A DNA stretch of 64,000 nucleotides from an uncultured Clostridium sp. (GTDB lineage Bacteria > Bacillota > Clostridia > Clostridiales > Clostridiaceae), in contig NZ_CAMTIG010000007.1 of the NCBI RefSeq assembly GCF_947072515.1, forward strand, positions 106 through 64,105. The letters are read 5' to 3'. Positions 63,100-64,000 of the stretch are shown here, piece after piece. The position numbers and the translations under genes are program-made. How positions within the stretch are numbered: the stretch's first letter is position 1; each line of letters starts with the position of its first letter. The notes beneath the pieces were generated by a model. That model ran no database searches, was not told the DNA's origin, and saw only the letters and a program-made list of their open reading frames with translations.

Positions 63100-63949
63100 G
63101 AAGTTTTAATATTTTATAAATACAAGTTCTTAACTCTTTTCGATGAACTATCTTATCTATAAAACCTTTTTCTAAAAGAAACTCTGCTGTTTGGAAATCA
63201 TCTGGTAAGCTTTGTTTAATAGTATTTTCTATTACTCTTCTCCCTGCAAATCCAATTAATGCATTTGGTTCACTTAAAATTATATCGCCTTCCATTGCAA
63301 AACTTGCAGTAACTCCTCCTGTCGTTGGATAAGTTAAAACAGTTATATAAAGAAGTCCAGCTTCACTAAACTTTGCAAGCGCTGCACTAACTTTAGCCAT
63401 TTGCATTAAAGAAAAAATTCCCTCCTGCATTCTTGCACCACCAGAAGCCGTAAATATAATTAAAGGTAGTCTATCTTCCATTGCTTTTTCAATTAATCTA
63501 GTTAATTTTTCTCCAACAACAGTTCCCATACTTCCCATCATAAAAAAGCTATCCATCACACCTACAGCTACTGAAATACCATTAACCTTACCTATCCCAG
63601 TAACAACAGCTTCACTACTCTCAGTTGATTTATGAGCTTTTTCTAACTTTTCCTCATATCCTTTAAAATCTAGTGGATTACTTGTTTGAAGGTTCTTATA
63701 CAGTTCTTTAAAGCTCCCATTGTCTAGAAACATTTTTATTCTAGCCTGTGCTCTAAGTTTAAAATGGTGATTACATTTATTACATACATAGTTATTTTCT
63801 ATTAAATCTTCATGATAAATTATTGAATTACACTTTTCACATTTATCCCACATTCCTGATGGAATATTAGGATGTGATAATTCTGTTATTTCCTCATTAT
63901 TCTTTAAAGTTCCATAACTCTTTTTTTTACTAAATAAATCTTTAAGCAT
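63077..63949 (-). CDS. accD: Acetyl-CoA carboxylase carboxyltransferase beta
   Basis: W.KC..C...VC..C..H zinc finger, [48 protein letters not shown]. Confidence 0.96.
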   Translation of the reverse strand: MLKDLFSKKKSYGTLKNNEEITELSHPNIPSGMWDKCEKCNSIIYHEDLIENNYVCNKCNHHFKLRAQARIKMFLDNGSFKELYKNLQTSNPLDFKGYEEKLEKAHKSTESSEAVVTGIGKVNGISVAVGVMDSFFMMGSMGTVVGEKLTRLIEKAMEDRLPLIIFTASGGARMQEGIFSLMQMAKVSAALAKFSEAGLLYITVLTYPTTGGVTASFAMEGDIILSEPNALIGFAGRRVIENTIKQSLPDDFQTAEFLLEKGFIDKIVHRKELRTCIYKILKLHGGKRHE

Positions 63950-64000
63950 CTATCTTTTCTCCATTTTTTCCTTTAATTTATTCCCTAAAAATCCTGTATG

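Noticed and set aside
2037-63162. About 35 short + strand ORFs of 60-157 aa in the track (for example 9494-9958, 37967-38440, 44712-45038)
   Set aside because: All lie antisense to well-supported minus-strand genes, lack RBS and motifs, and have the F/S/I/L-rich composition of shadow frames.
1-64000. CRISPR arrays, tRNA/rRNA genes, IS elements, prophage or integrase genes
   Set aside because: No regularly spaced repeat-spacer pattern, cloverleaf or rRNA sequence, or transposase/integrase motif was seen; intergenic gaps are under 350 bp and explained by promoters, terminators and riboswitches.

Overview
Core-chromosome segment of a low-GC, spore-forming Clostridiaceae bacterium with Clostridium sensu stricto-like gene order. 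I support 63 CDS, 61 of them on the minus strand, which is presumably the leading strand here. Reading left to right: a PrkC/Stk1 PASTA kinase (runs off the left edge and is missing from the ORF track), stp-rlmN-rsmB-fmt-def-priA-coaBC-rpoZ-gmk-remA-yicC, an NCS2 purine permease with a guanine riboswitch and PurR-like boxes, asparaginase, a BECR-fold nuclease-like orphan, spoIVA-gpsA-der-DUF512, the pst/pho locus, pgeF-nrdR-ylmC-sigG-sigE-spoIIGA, an SH3/GH73 hydrolase plus pseudouridine synthase, ftsZ-ftsA-pilT-sigK, PBP-udk-U32-methyltransferase-mltG, typA-rnj-fur-DUF1292-ruvX-ireB-alaS (T-box), AI-2E/PRC, mnmA-iscU-iscS-iscR-rarA, a small accessory patch (polysaccharide lyase, GNAT, two unknowns) and accA-accD. 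I found no rRNA, tRNA, CRISPR array, prophage or IS element, and no large multi-gene novel system. The best leads are small-scale: (1) a 19-bp udk terminator whose 3' arm is the Shine-Dalgarno of the downstream PBP gene and whose loop holds TATAAT; (2) a pro-sigmaE with a roughly 40-aa acidic N-terminal extension; (3) a standalone PBECR-like nuclease after spoIVA; (4) an orphan, active-site-divergent alginate-lyase-family protein; (5) a hairpin-split SD or in-frame mini-ORF at ireB; (6) a sigmaA promoter placed upstream of a terminator in the typA leader; (7) FtsA with degenerate nucleotide-binding motifs. All family calls come from motif recognition by eye, with no database searches.
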